Below are positions 41,169 to 52,834 of a stretch of 64,000 nucleotides of DNA, in pieces. The stretch comes from Octopus vulgaris (lineage: Eukaryota), in NCBI GenBank assembly GCA_951406725.2, contig OX597816.1, positions 144,088,001 through 144,152,000 of the forward strand, written 5' to 3'. A program made the position numbers and the translations under genes. Numbering within the stretch: position 1 is the stretch's first letter; each line of letters begins with the position of its first letter. The notes beneath the pieces were generated by a model. It worked only from the letters and a program-made list of their open reading frames with translations. It was not told where the DNA came from and searched no databases.

Positions 41169-41801
41169 TTAAAATAATAAGGGTAAAAAACTGAATATTA
41201 ATTTGATTAATATCAATTTAAAACCAGTGGTCTAGCATACTGAAAAATCTGAAGATTCAGAAAATTTATATTCTATACATATAAAAGGGATGACTACTAA
41301 GTGTACATCGATTATACTAGAAGTAGACCCTCTATGGTTTTACTACTAAGAAAGGATTGTTCTGAAGAAAATTTAGCAAACGCCAGAACGTAAGTGAGTA
41401 AGACAAATCAAAAGATACAAAATATAAAGATTAATCACAAACCTGATTTCGTTGTTACCACTTACGTAATTGTCCGCATCTCATCAGTGTGATCGTCATA
41501 GCAAAATATAATTTGAAGAACTATACACAAAACGTCCGCATGAGATTGAACATGTACACAGTTCTACCAATTACATTTGAGGTTATCTTTCAAAAGTCTT
41601 CGTTTTGGCGCGACAAAATACCGGAAATAATTCTGCAGAAAAATATTCTCTACAGTGAATTTTGCCGGTTAGAGAACATAGTTATTTGAATTTAAAATAA
41701 TAAGGGTGAAAAATTGAATATTAATTTGATTAATATCAATTTAAAGACCATAGGGTGTCTACTTCTAGCATAAAGGATGTCCACTTAATGGTCATCCCTC
41801 T

Positions 41802-41808
<7 letters not shown>
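41166..41808. mobile_element. Penelope pseudo-LTR-like composite with direct and inverted terminal segments
   Basis: 57-bp direct repeat 41166-41223 / 41689-41745; about 60-bp inverted pair 41278-41339 / 41746-41808; internal hammerhead motif. Confidence 0.65.
41433..41494 (-). ncRNA. Hammerhead ribozyme candidate (type I)
   Basis: Minus: gatcaca-CTGATGA-gatgcggacaattacgtaagtggtaacaac-GAAA-tcagg-TT-tgtgatt; 7-bp stem I, intact core, imperfect stem II. Confidence 0.65.
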
Positions 41809-41833
<25 letters not shown>

Positions 41834-41969
41834 TGTATGTATATCACGTGACCGACCAGGCTATCAGGTGTTGCTACACATTGCTGGTCACAATGCGCTT
41901 CGCATTGTTTTAGCCTTCAAATGACTCCATTCCGCTGGCTAAGCGAGCAGGCCAGTATATATATATATT

Positions 41970-42180
41970 AGTAAATCCAAAAAACGAAGAACAAACACAC
42001 AAAAAAAAACGCGGGGACATGGTACATGTAAAATATTAGCAGACACTCAGGGATGGTCAGAAAAGTGGTTTTACGTTTCGAGCAAAGCTCTTCTTCAGAA
42101 ACAGGAAAGTCCAATAGAAAAGGAAGACGGAGGGAAAAAAATCGTCAACGATTCACACGTGGTTACATTTTGAAATATGT
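41970..42180 (-). mobile_element. Short Penelope-derived/retrozyme-like repeat carrying a hammerhead
   Basis: Related copy at 48900-49062. Confidence 0.6.
42068..42102 (-). ncRNA. Minimal hammerhead ribozyme candidate
   Basis: Minus: gttt-CTGAAGA-a-gagc-ttt-gctc-GAAA-cg-TA-aaac. Confidence 0.72.
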
Positions 42181-42239
42181 ATATATATCCGTAGCGTGCA
42201 CTCGAGTGAAATTCCTCTTCCCTTTATTATATATACGTA

Positions 42240-42570
42240 CATTCAAACGTAGCAGATAACAGCTAGCCTTTGGCCGCTATTTGGATCCCGTTGTGTCCAC
42301 TACTCTGATTGGTTGGTATTGAGCAATTTGTCTCTTACTCTGTCGCGCCAATATGCGGGTTCTTCTTTCGCTTTCGTTTTCTCGAGGAGGTGGACTCAAA
42401 AAGCAAAAATTCTTACCTTACAGTAGAGCGTCTTTCAGTTCAACTTCCGCCAGCTGCATACGAGCGTGACGACTTCAACAGGTGCGTGAAGAACACTGTT
42501 TTTGTTCTTTTTTTCTTTTTAGGACGGAGCTCAAGGCTAGACGTCTTCTCAGTTTAACCCGGAAGCAAGC
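42240..42570. promoter_or_regulatory. CpG-rich promoter-like region, possibly bidirectional
   Basis: CCAAT boxes (gattgg, gccaat), ETS-like acttccg and ccggaag, E2F-like tcgcgcc; + donor cag|gtgcgt at 42482 and - donor aag|gtaaga at 42416. Confidence 0.5.
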
Positions 42571-42597
42571 TTCTTACCCTACACCCACGCCTGCGCC

Positions 42598-42628
<31 letters not shown>

Positions 42629-42700
42629 ACGCATTTATATATATAATATTAAGTATGTTATAGAAAATATGGGCTATTTACGGAGTGCTCAATGAGAACT

Positions 42701-43187
42701 TATGCGAAAAAATATAGAGTAGAGGAAATTGAAAACGCAAATCATAGGCAAACAGATTTGATTTTATTTATTTTTCTTTGACTTGATATCTTGCGTCATT
42801 TCCTAGATGCATAAGGGATTTTTAGATGATTTAGGCTGTTTGCCATTTTAAAGGTTGACGCTTTTATTCCCATATTTATCAACCATTCATTCGTTTCGCA
42901 CCTCCTATATTTATCATGCATAACTCTTTACATGTAATCTTTATTTATATATAATTTTATATGTATTTTTATGCTTTTATATTTCTTTTATATTTTTATG
43001 TATGTTAGATTTTATTATTTATACCCTTGGAGAATCTTTACGCCTGTACATGAATGATTTATATTGATGTTTATAAATATATGATTCAGTTACATTGATT
43101 AAATATCTTCATTTATGGGTTCGTGAATGTATTTGACTATCTATGATTTGCGTTTTCAATCTCCTCTACTCTGCATTTTTTCGCATA
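42701..43187. mobile_element. Fold-back/MITE-like element, 47-bp inverted arms, AT-rich core
   Basis: 42701-42747 vs 43141-43187, three mismatches. Confidence 0.75.
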
Positions 43188-43200
43188 CGCGCGCGCGCGC

Positions 43201-43231
<31 letters not shown>

Positions 43232-43264
43232 AGCACATGTACACACATACTTGTGTACCCTCGC

Positions 43265-43830
43265 GCATGAAAAAGTGAACGCTCCAGCTCGGCCATACGT
43301 GGATTGGGGCAAGGTTCAGGTCAGGTAATAAGTTATTAAAGAAGCGATGTGCGCATTCGCTACCATTTTTCAACTTATCAGGGGTAATTTCCTCTCAGCC
43401 CATTTCTGAGTGAGACTGACCACTCTGTTTGTAACCTCATCCCAATTCTTGGCCAAGCTAGACAACGAGAAATTTCACTGGTCCGTCTGTCCATCGACCT
43501 ACTATGCTTGTTCATTGGCATTATTTTGCCTCTCAAGTTGCTGAGCCGCAGGCCTACTGACTTGTTCGACTTATCTTGTATTCTTTTAAAATGGAGTCGA
43601 CTACCTGAACTTCCGCGGTATCTGACACTATGAGTGTGATGTCATCCGCACCGCATATACTGACCCAACTCTCCCGCATCCCAGTTCGAAGGGGATGCCC
43701 CTCAAGAGTTCTAGCTTCTGCGGCAAAGGCTCTGGCGCCAAAACGTGTAGAAGAGATGAGAGAGGACACCCTGGCGGATCGAGAATGAGATATGAAACGG
43801 TTCTAAGAAGGGCCTGTTTACTTTTACCAT
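43265..43830 (-). pseudogene. Degenerate L1/Tx1-clade reverse transcriptase fragment
   Basis: GCPLSSLLHVLAPEPL, ADDITLIVSD, WTDGPVKFL, ERKLPL across frameshifts. Confidence 0.85.
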
Positions 43831-43899
43831 TATGCAAGCACCAGTGTCCATTGCTGCGATCCAGCATACTCATACACCATATTAGCTTGGACGCATTTT

Positions 43900-44430
43900 C
43901 CATCAAAGGGACACTTTTTTCCCAGGTTTGCTATTACACCTGTGTCCTAGTGAATGGGTTGTTGATGGTTGTATAGGAGGTCCGTTATCTATAGTTTCTG
44001 GTAGTAGTAGGTGAGTATTTGGCTCAGTTTTGGCGGTTGTGGTAGTATCAGAGTCAGCGGTAGCATGATCTGTCCCTGATTGCCCAATGGAAAGCTCAGT
44101 CTTTGCGACTGTTAGTACACGACATGGAGGTTGGGACTTTAATATTCTCGCGCTGGTTAACAGGGAGAGATTTCCGATTATAATTTTTAGCTTGTTCTTA
44201 TTATATACAGCGATAGTGGCTTCTAAATTCAGTCGTTGAGTAGGATAATTTAAAGATTTTTCTATTAAATATTACATGGTACCTATGATGAGATATGGGT
44301 GGAATTTTTCTTTACAGATTTCAAAAGGCCTTCGGAATATAGATTTTCGGTGTTATTAGCGAAGGGAGGAAGGGAAAGATATACCAACATATTTGGTGCT
44401 TCCTTGGTTTGTTGATGCTTGTATGCCTGC
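43900..44430 (-). pseudogene. Penelope-like element remnant (post-RT linker region)
   Basis: Minus: RKHQICWY..PFANN...HHRYHVIFNRKIFKLSYSTT resembles the PLE 'RNIIWFNPPF...IFNRNTLKLSYS' segment. Confidence 0.6.
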
Positions 44431-44810
44431 AGCAGGTTCCAGGGTTTTATGTAGCTATGCGGAGCTCAGCATTCTGAGCTTCACTACTATCTCCTTTTCA
44501 TTTAATCTTCCAATTGTTATATCGTAGATTACACTTCCTATTACATTTCAGACAGATTTGGCGCTGAGTTGCTGAAGCAGAAATATCATTATAGCAAATA
44601 TTCTGCCCAATACCACAGATTTGCTTGTCAGTTGCTTGATCTTAACCACTTGCGTATGTCCGTTTGTGACTAGCAATATGTACGTCTTTGATCATGAGCA
44701 GTAGTGGAGGAGCATCATAATCATGTCTTGAGAGGGATTCTTTGCAATTTGAATAAACATAACAAAAGCAAAGTTTGAAGGAAATTTTACCCATTTTTCA
44801 TACTTTCTAG

Positions 44811-45548
44811 AAGTAATGATATTTTGAATGCATTTAAAACGTACGTTTCAGATAATTGCGCAATAAGCAAAAAAGAGAATTTCATCTCTTTCGCAAAATG
44901 TATCTCAGTTAAGACAAAACAAGATCTGGACAAATTAATAGAATTCCCTCTTTATATCCGGTCGGAGCACTTTTATAGGAAATATTAGTTGCTACCAAAG
45001 GACTAAAATCGTGTTACACAGTGTTATAAGTACAAGTAGCCTACTTAAGTTTTGTACCGTTGTGGTACAACATCGCTTGATCATAAGCACTTCGTTTAAG
45101 GACTTCAATGTAACATTCTGCATTATTTTCGAATATCTCTTAGTTGGCAGAAAGATTAGAGATCCTAATGGATATGTTCTTAACTATGCTTTTTTATTTT
45201 ATGAAATTATTTACCTATAACTTATTTTGCATTGACTTCGTTCTATGTTTCTACTTTTCAGTTTTCTTAATCTTAATCTACCTCATACTATTTCTATTCT
45301 TTATTCTCTCTCCTTCTCTGTCTTCCACTTTCCTCCCTGTAAATATGCTATCGTTCCTGGCCATGTCCTCTCCTTATCTTGTAGGCGACATAAAGTGCCC
45401 CGACCGTATATAAAGGGTGAATTCCATTAATTTGTTCATATTTTGTTATGTCTTAATTGAGAAACGTTTTGCGAAAGAGATGAAATTCTCTTTTTTACCT
45501 ATTTTATTTGAAACGTACTTTTTAAATGCATTCAAGATATCATTACTT
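44811..45548. mobile_element. Fold-back element, about 165-bp diverged inverted arms
   Basis: 44811-44976 vs 45390-45548 (aagagaatttcatctctttcgcaaaa / ttttgcgaaagagatgaaattctctt). Confidence 0.8.
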
Positions 45549-45625
45549 GGTTTGGCTGCATCATATATGACTATGTGTGTGTGTATATAGATAGATAGAT
45601 ATATAGATATAGATAGCTAGCTAGT

Positions 45626-45679
<54 letters not shown>

Positions 45680-46268
45680 ATAGAACAATTATGGCATTTG
45701 ATATTTATAGGGAGAGATACTGATGTAATATTCATGTCTTTTTAAATAGCATTTGTGATGTAAATGATTCCTACTGGTGCTCACTTACATAGCAAAATAA
45801 TAGACACTGACTCTTCGTATGTGAGAGAAAAAGTTAATGTAGCAACGTTCATTGTTCCTAAGTCCCTGAAACAAAATGACAGCTGTTTTGGAAAACTATA
45901 CGCATGACAACTAAAGGGTTCCTATTAACACATGTTGGATATGCGGTCGTTGACGTCCATAATCGCCTAAGCCTCTATGTTTGGCACAGAGGGAGGAAAG
46001 AGAGAGATTGTGATTGCTACACCAACAAGTTTATTGTTTCCCCAGAGAAACAAAATTCTCCAATGAAAAGTTCAGTTTGCTAAGAATTCAAGCTTACATT
46101 TTACGTGATTCTACATATATATATATATATATATATATTTCCTTAGCAATCTTTAAACTTTTTAAACTCTTTAATTTATCCTTCTACTCATCATTTCTTT
46201 CTCTTTCTCTGTACATCTAAATACATACAATCTGGTAGCCTTCAATTGTCTATCGGAAAACCATCTTA

Positions 46269-46476
46269 TTTCTTTATTGCCCACAAGGGGCTAAACATAG
46301 AGGCGACAAACAAGGACAGACAAACGGTGCGTAACTGGTACTTATTTAATCGACCCCGAAAGGATGAAAGGCAAAGTCGACCTCGGCGGAATTTGAACTC
46401 AGAACGTAGCGGCAGACGAAGTACTGCTAAGCATTTCGCCCGGCGTGCTAACGTTTCTGCCAGCTCGCCGCCTTAC
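46269..46476 (-). mobile_element. Young Nin/Deu-type SINE with 15-bp TSD
   Basis: TSD cggaaaaccatctta at 46254-46268 and 46477-46491; CpGs retained. Confidence 0.92.
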
Positions 46477-47254
46477 CGGAAAACCATCTTAGAAGACATG
46501 GACTTCAACAGCCGCGATGAATGCAACCCATCTGGGAAATGTGGCCACTTCAAAGCTTCGTTTTTATGAAAGTTTCCACAGAATCTATCTCCATACAGTT
46601 ACGGAAAGAAAAACTGGTAAATATTCCACCAATACCAGATATGAAGCTGACATCAACAGAGAATTTGTCAAAGGCTTCGGAGTCACATAAATGTCTTAAT
46701 CGATTCCGCGTTTGATTTAGCTCAACCAGAGACATGAAAGCGAAACTGAGACTTTATGTTGAATCCCCTCTCCGTGACTGTGGTATAGTCTAAAATAATT
46801 CATCTGCGGCTTTGCCTATTACTGTGTAGCCGAAGTGTTTAACACATTGCCCTTGTTTGAATGTTTTGGGTTTTTTTTTTCTACTGCTTAGTCAAGGAGG
46901 GAAGAAAAGAAGGACAGCGCCCATCACCCTTTATTATTTTCAAACTTTCGAGACTCATGGAAGGCAATATGAGTTATTGCTGAGGCCTATCCCAAATGCT
47001 TACAGAGTGGACACCATTGAAGGCAATCAAGGACCATTTTGGCGTTGTTAAACTGGACGCTAAACCCGAATTTAATTCTTATTAAAACTTCTTAGTAAAC
47101 CATATTCCACTCAGTTGATAAGGCTAAGAATAATCTACACACACATACATATATGCCTGCATGCATACATACATACAATACATACATACATACATACATA
47201 CATACATACATACATGCATGCATGCATGCATGCATGCATACATACATACATACA

Positions 47255-47287
<33 letters not shown>

Positions 47288-47337
47288 TATTGTAACGAAA
47301 AAATGGTAATAATACTTTATTAAATTATATATGCATA

Positions 47338-47494
47338 TTACTGGGGAAGACCGGTTTATGGGATTACCCTGGGTTTCCCGATTTTGAAGAGGTCTTAGGC
47401 CAACAGGTTTTGGGGTCTGACGATACGCCATAAAGTTAAACCCTTTGTGAACGGGAAACCCAGGGTAATCTCATAAACCGGCTTTTCGCAGTAA
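47338..47494. mobile_element. 157-bp fold-back element with 43-bp arms overlapping a hammerhead
   Basis: 47338-47380 vs 47452-47494 (ccggtttatgggattaccctgggtttcccg / cgggaaacccagggtaatctcataaaccgg). Confidence 0.8.
47412..47472 (+). ncRNA. Hammerhead ribozyme candidate (type I)
   Basis: ggggt-CTGACGA-tacgc-cataaag-ttaaacc-ctttgtg-aacgg-GAAA-cccaggg-TA-atctc; predicted cleavage after A47467. Confidence 0.7.
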
Positions 47495-48995
47495 AAAATA
47501 TATACTGCTCTACATCTTAGAGTGTGCTTCTCCGGATTTATGTTTTCTACAAACGATATATATATATATGTATGTGTGCGTGTGTGTGTGTGTGGAGAGA
47601 GAGGGGGGGGGAGAAAGCATGTTTCGCTGAAGTGGTCTAAAAATAGCAAAATATATCCGCCGCTTTCACTACATAGATTTAAATACCAAATCCACTGCAA
47701 TCCACATGATCTGGATTGTCTAAAAAAAATATAAACAAGCTCATCTTATTGTTTTTATTTATGTTGCTTGTTGTTTTAGATAATCGCCATAGAGGAAGTT
47801 TTGTCCGTAACAGTTTCGATAATTTCATCGAATTCTTTTCAGTTCATTATGTTGCATATGTGAAGTTATACAGTATTTGCACTAAGTTTGCAGAAGGCTC
47901 CCCTGAGACATCTACACCCCCACCCCACCCCCGCTGTCATATATTTACTTTACGACAGACAATCAATTCTCTTTCGCTTCTTGTGTCCGTGCTAACAAAG
48001 GCTCGATATTTTAGTAGCCTTTCAGTGACGTAGCTGTGGTCGGATTTCTTTGTGAAATGTTTGAAATTGAAAGTATTAATGGTACGATGAGATCAGAGTA
48101 AAATAAATAACACTATTGAGTTTGAACTTGCTTTACTTGAAGCGATTCACTTTATCTCTCTCTCCATTTCTCTCTTTCTTTCTCCTACGTTTCCTACGCT
48201 CTCCCACTCTTTCTCCCGTTTACTCTTTCTGCTTCCACCACCTCCTCCTCCTCCTCCACTCTATTTCTTTTCCTATTTGTCAGCTCTAAGTGTGTCAAGA
48301 TCCACAAGTTCAGGGTCAAGCCTCACGATACGACTTTCAATTCATAACTTTTTTGAGTTTATCATATTTTTTTTCTTCCATTTGTTTCCTTACTTTTTGT
48401 TTTTATTCTATTTTAATTTCTACTTCTCTTTTTAATTTTCTGTTTCTTTTTCGTCGTTGTTTATATGGCGGAAGAATAAATTTGCGTTTACTATTATAAT
48501 CGATTCCGCTTAATTACATATAACAAAACAACAACAAAAAAAACTATACAATTCAGTTAATCGCTTAACTGTTCAAAACAACCATATAGCAAGGAAGTCA
48601 ATCAGTCTAATTGCACATACAAAAGAAGTCAATTTCAGTTATAGTAGAAGATATTTTCCAATTTTGAAGAAGCAAATTGGAAAAATATAGCCATAAATTT
48701 AAACAATTATTTAATTTGATATCTATATTCTTTTATGTACTTTATGTGATAAACAAAGTTGTTAATTAATGTTAGAACTATTTAGCTTTTACTTAAAGAA
48801 AGCAATTATTAAGGTCTAGAATGCCTTGAAAATCTTATTAATACCAGTGTGTGTATGTGTGTGTGTGTGTGTGTGTGCGTGCATGTGTGTGTGTGTACAC
48901 TGTTCAAACGCACAAGAAGAAAATACAAGACAGAGACAAGTGAGGGAACGACACATATGGTGTGTTAGTTTGATGTTCAGGTAAAATGGAGAAGT

Positions 48996-49031
48996 CTTTG
49001 ACGTTTCGAGCCTATGCTCTTCCATAGAAAG
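48996..49031 (-). ncRNA. Degenerate minimal hammerhead (paralog of 42068-42102)
   Basis: Minus: cttt-ctatgga-a-gagc-atag-gctc-GAAA-cg-TC-aaag; stems kept, CUGANGA core altered. Confidence 0.5.
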
Positions 49032-49292
49032 GGATGAGGAAGAAAATGGAAAGAAAGAAAATGCAATTTCTGCTGAGGTCGACTGTACCTTTCATTCTTT
49101 TGTGGGGAGGGTTAATACTTTGGGTTAATACGTGAGAGTGACCACTGATTTCGCGGAGATCAACAGGTAAGGCCTTTTGTATTTCTTTCTCCCGTTTGCT
49201 TCTTTTTTTCTGTTGACCTTTTCCTCTATCACACTACACCACTAAAACAAGTATTTTCTTCCACCTTTTCTGTTGAGATTCAACTTCCATTC

Positions 49293-49334
49293 AGGGCTGA
49301 TGCCTGGGTATTCAACATCCTAAACCAGTCTCCT
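49293..49334 (+). ncRNA. Decayed hammerhead-like motif
   Basis: aggg-CTGATGc-ctgggtattcaacatcc-tAAA-ccag-TC-tcct; two core substitutions. Confidence 0.3.
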
Positions 49335-49339
49335 ACAGT

Positions 49340-49570
49340 GTATACTAACTTCTCCCAATCCTATAATGTAAATCCTTTTCTCCCAGGACTATAAAATATG
49401 AATTCTCCCATTCCTTCAATATGTTCCCCTTCTCCCAACTCTGCAATGTGTGTCATTTCTCCCAACTTTACAACATGATTCTTTTGTCCCAGATTTTCAA
49501 TATTCACTCTTTTACCCAACCCTACAATGTGTTCCACCTTCTTCGATTTTTTCCTGCAGCTTTCTCCAGC
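49340..49570. repeat. Degenerate ~27-bp minisatellite
   Basis: Recurrent tctcccaactctacaatgtgttcc-like unit; minus ORF shows 9-aa HI.ELGE periodicity. Confidence 0.6.
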
Positions 49571-49899
49571 CCTTAATCTTTCTACTCCAGCTGAAAAATG
49601 CAGTTGAAAACTTATAGTTTTGATAATGCATAAATCTGTTATCTGGTAAATTTTGAAATGTTGCATGTCAAATAATGTGACATGTCATTACAGCACATAA
49701 CTCTCTTATCTCCTTCCCTCTATTCTTTTCTGAGAGTCCTTTCATTTGCTTTCTTTTTATTATTTTTTGTTGAATGGAAAATTGAAAAAAATTTTTTCTT
49801 TGTATCTTGTTTTTAAATTTGTTTCCCACCGACCTTATTTTTTCTTTCAAAGAATTCTGGTCCCCATTGTTATAAGTGGACAGGCTGGTTCTGCTTTGA

Positions 49900-50750
49900 G
49901 TGGGTACTTCCTGGTTATTTCATATTAGCTGTTATTGGCCATGGGTGACTTTACTTGTCTTTGTCAGTTGTGGCTGGCGGATGTGGTCTTTGATTCTTGT
50001 GGGCTCCTGGTAATGAGGATGGGGCAGTTTTATTTGCCAATTCATGAGTTGTCTGTCACCTTAAGACCAACAACCTTAGTATTTGTTGTTTTGATAGAAA
50101 CTTTGAGCAGAAAACTTTTAAATAAATGGCTTTTGTTTCTGAATGTGTAACAACTGGGTTGTCTACCTTAGATGGTGAGTTTTAAGGTCTTCTTCTGAGC
50201 AGCCTGTTCAGGATACAGTTCTGGAATTGTTTTGTAGTTTTGTGGGGTGAAGGTGACTTATATGTTTGTAATGATCTCACCTGACCACATATCACCAATT
50301 GTTACAGCTGCACTGACCACTTACCCATATTTTACCATAAAGATGACATCTAGCCAGAGGTTGGTATCGTCATCATTATCCCTAATGATGACTCTTGTGT
50401 TTCTTCTTCCCAAATACAGCAGAACCAGCTCATGGGCAAATGTGTTGCATTGTATTTGGGACTTTTGCCCTATCCTCCAATTTTAGATATAACATATATA
50501 ATGTCATATGCCCTTCCTCTCACAATGAAGGTGATTTCACTTAAAATATCTGCTAGGGCTATCTACAACTCTTACTTGGATGGAACAAAAGCCTGTTGTG
50601 TTCTTGGCAAAGCAGAAGTACATTACTTTTCACCTTTTGTGGGCTTCTATGACTGATAGACAAAAATGATGCCAAGCTTCTGATCTTTCAGCAAAATGTT
50701 CATATTAAAGGTTTTTTTGTTTAGAAGTATGTTTACAATGGACAACTTAT
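49900..50750 (-). pseudogene. Possible decayed LINE ORF1 (gag-like) remnant
   Basis: EITFIVRGRAYD...LLYLGRRNTRVII...GRQPSCYT...SHL resembles L1/Tx1 ORF1 with an eroded zinc knuckle. Confidence 0.35.
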
Positions 50751-51212
50751 CAGTATTCATGTTTACACCTAAAACAGTACATATATGTATCCTGTTGTAG
50801 TTGTCGCTGTAAAAGATTTGATTTATTATGCTGTATTGTTTTTCTTATAGTGTTATATTTTCAAAAAATTTTCAGCAACTGTTTGCATGCTCATTAAAAA
50901 AACTTTTGACAGTTTCGTTTCTTTTCTTCTTCTTCTTCTTCTTTTTTTTTTTTTGTTCTGTTCCTGCAATCTTTCTAAGGTACAAATCTGAGGAAAGAAA
51001 CTATTTTTTACCTTTGCATGAAATAGCAGAAAAAAAATAAAAACGACCTTGTTGTCTAACTCCAGTGAGAGTTGACCCTCCAAAATATACAATAAGGGTC
51101 CCTGTGTGAAATGAAAACCAAAATGAAAATGACTACCTTTAGTTACACATGAAAAACATTGAGCAAAGATGGGGTCAGATTTTTTCACATCTGACGATCT
51201 TCACAACAAATG

Positions 51213-51422
51213 ATCCTTTCTACGGAAGGCACAAGGCCTGGAATTTTGGGGGAGGAGGTAAGTCGATTATATCGACTCCAGTGCTTGACTGGTACCTATT
51301 TTAAACCATAAAAGGCTGAAAGGCAAAGTCAACCTCAGTGAAATTTGAACTCAAAACAAAGACAGACAAAATGCCACTAAGCATTTTGTCCAACATGCTA
51401 ATGATTCAGCCAGCTCACACTT
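51213..51422 (-). mobile_element. Nin/Deu-type SINE
   Basis: Family core present; cttcacaacaa on both flanks. Confidence 0.8.
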
Positions 51423-52834
51423 TCTTCACAACAATAAATAGTAATAATAATAATAAATAATTCTTTCAAATTATGATATAAGACCAGAAATTTTTAGTGG
51501 GATGAGATGGGGTATATTTATGCCCCCCCCTCCTCAATCCCCAACTGGTACTTATTTTATTGATTCTAAAAGGATGAAAAGCAGAATTTGAACTCAGGAT
51601 GTAAAAAGTTGGGAGAAATGATTATGCCAGCTTGCCACCATAAAAATATTATAGTACCCCATAAAACTTGTGAACTCTAGTGATGTTGTTATAGTGATTT
51701 GTTCCTACCCTGTAATACCTATGTGCAGTTAAGTGGCTCCACTTGTACACTTGAGATTTAAGTGTTTTGTTACAGACAACACTTTGCCAGTAGAGGAAGA
51801 TATATACTACTGACATTTTGTCAGCCACTGTCAGCTCTGCCATTTATGGTTTACAAATATTTTACTTTCACCCAAAAAGTATATAATCCTCTCTTTAGTC
51901 AATGCAAAGGCATCTGCATTGTCACTCTACTTGTTAGAAATAGCAGCCAAGTCTTTTTCAAATTAACCATCTTTAAGAAGGAAAAGCAGAAGAGAGCAGA
52001 AGAGGAGTGTCATAGAATGTTTGTGATCGTAAGTTTGCATGATCAGGACTGAGATGGGATGACACCACGACATCTGATTCTTTTGTACAGAACAAACATT
52101 TAAAAGACAATTCATATTATTATGAAGGGTATCCAGTGCTGGTGGCATGGAAAAGCACCTCTGCTAGTGACATGTAAAAGACACCCTGTACACTCTGTAA
52201 AGTGGTTGACATTTCTATGGAAGGGCATCCAGCTATAGAAAACAAACCAAAACAGCTGACTGGAGCCTGGTACAGCTCTCCAGTTAACCAGTTCCAGTTA
52301 AACCATCTAACCCATGTCAGCATGAGAAACGGATGCTAAATGATGATGATGACTTTTAAATAATTAACTAATAGAGTTGTATTAGGAAATTTATCTAACA
52401 ACCTAAACATTCACATATCTATTACATTAGTAATGGTCCAACCCATGCTAACATGGAACATAGATATTAAACGATGATGATGAAGTAATTATGTAACTAT
52501 TAAATAATTATTACTTTGTTTTTGTATTTGTCCTGCATGATTCTTGATGTGAATTTGTGTTGAAAGAAATCTTGTCATGTGTTGGGAGAGCCATTATGCC
52601 AATAATAATAAACATATGCACAGATAAATATATATTGGGTCCAACCCATGCCAGCATGGAAAACGGTTGTTAAAAGATGATGATGATGATAATATATATA
52701 TATATATATAGAAGGTGCAGGTGTGTTCAATCCCACTGCATGGCACCTTGGGCAAGTGTCTTCTATTCTTCTATAGCCTTGGCCAAAGCCTTGTGAGTGG
52801 ATTTAGTAGACAAAAACTGAAAGAAGCCCATTGT

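Noticed and set aside
49120-49172. Plus-strand donor cag|gtaagg (and atg|gtacga near 48081) as first exons
   Set aside because: The 49.1-kb site lies among repeat remnants, and no downstream plus-strand coding exons were recognised.
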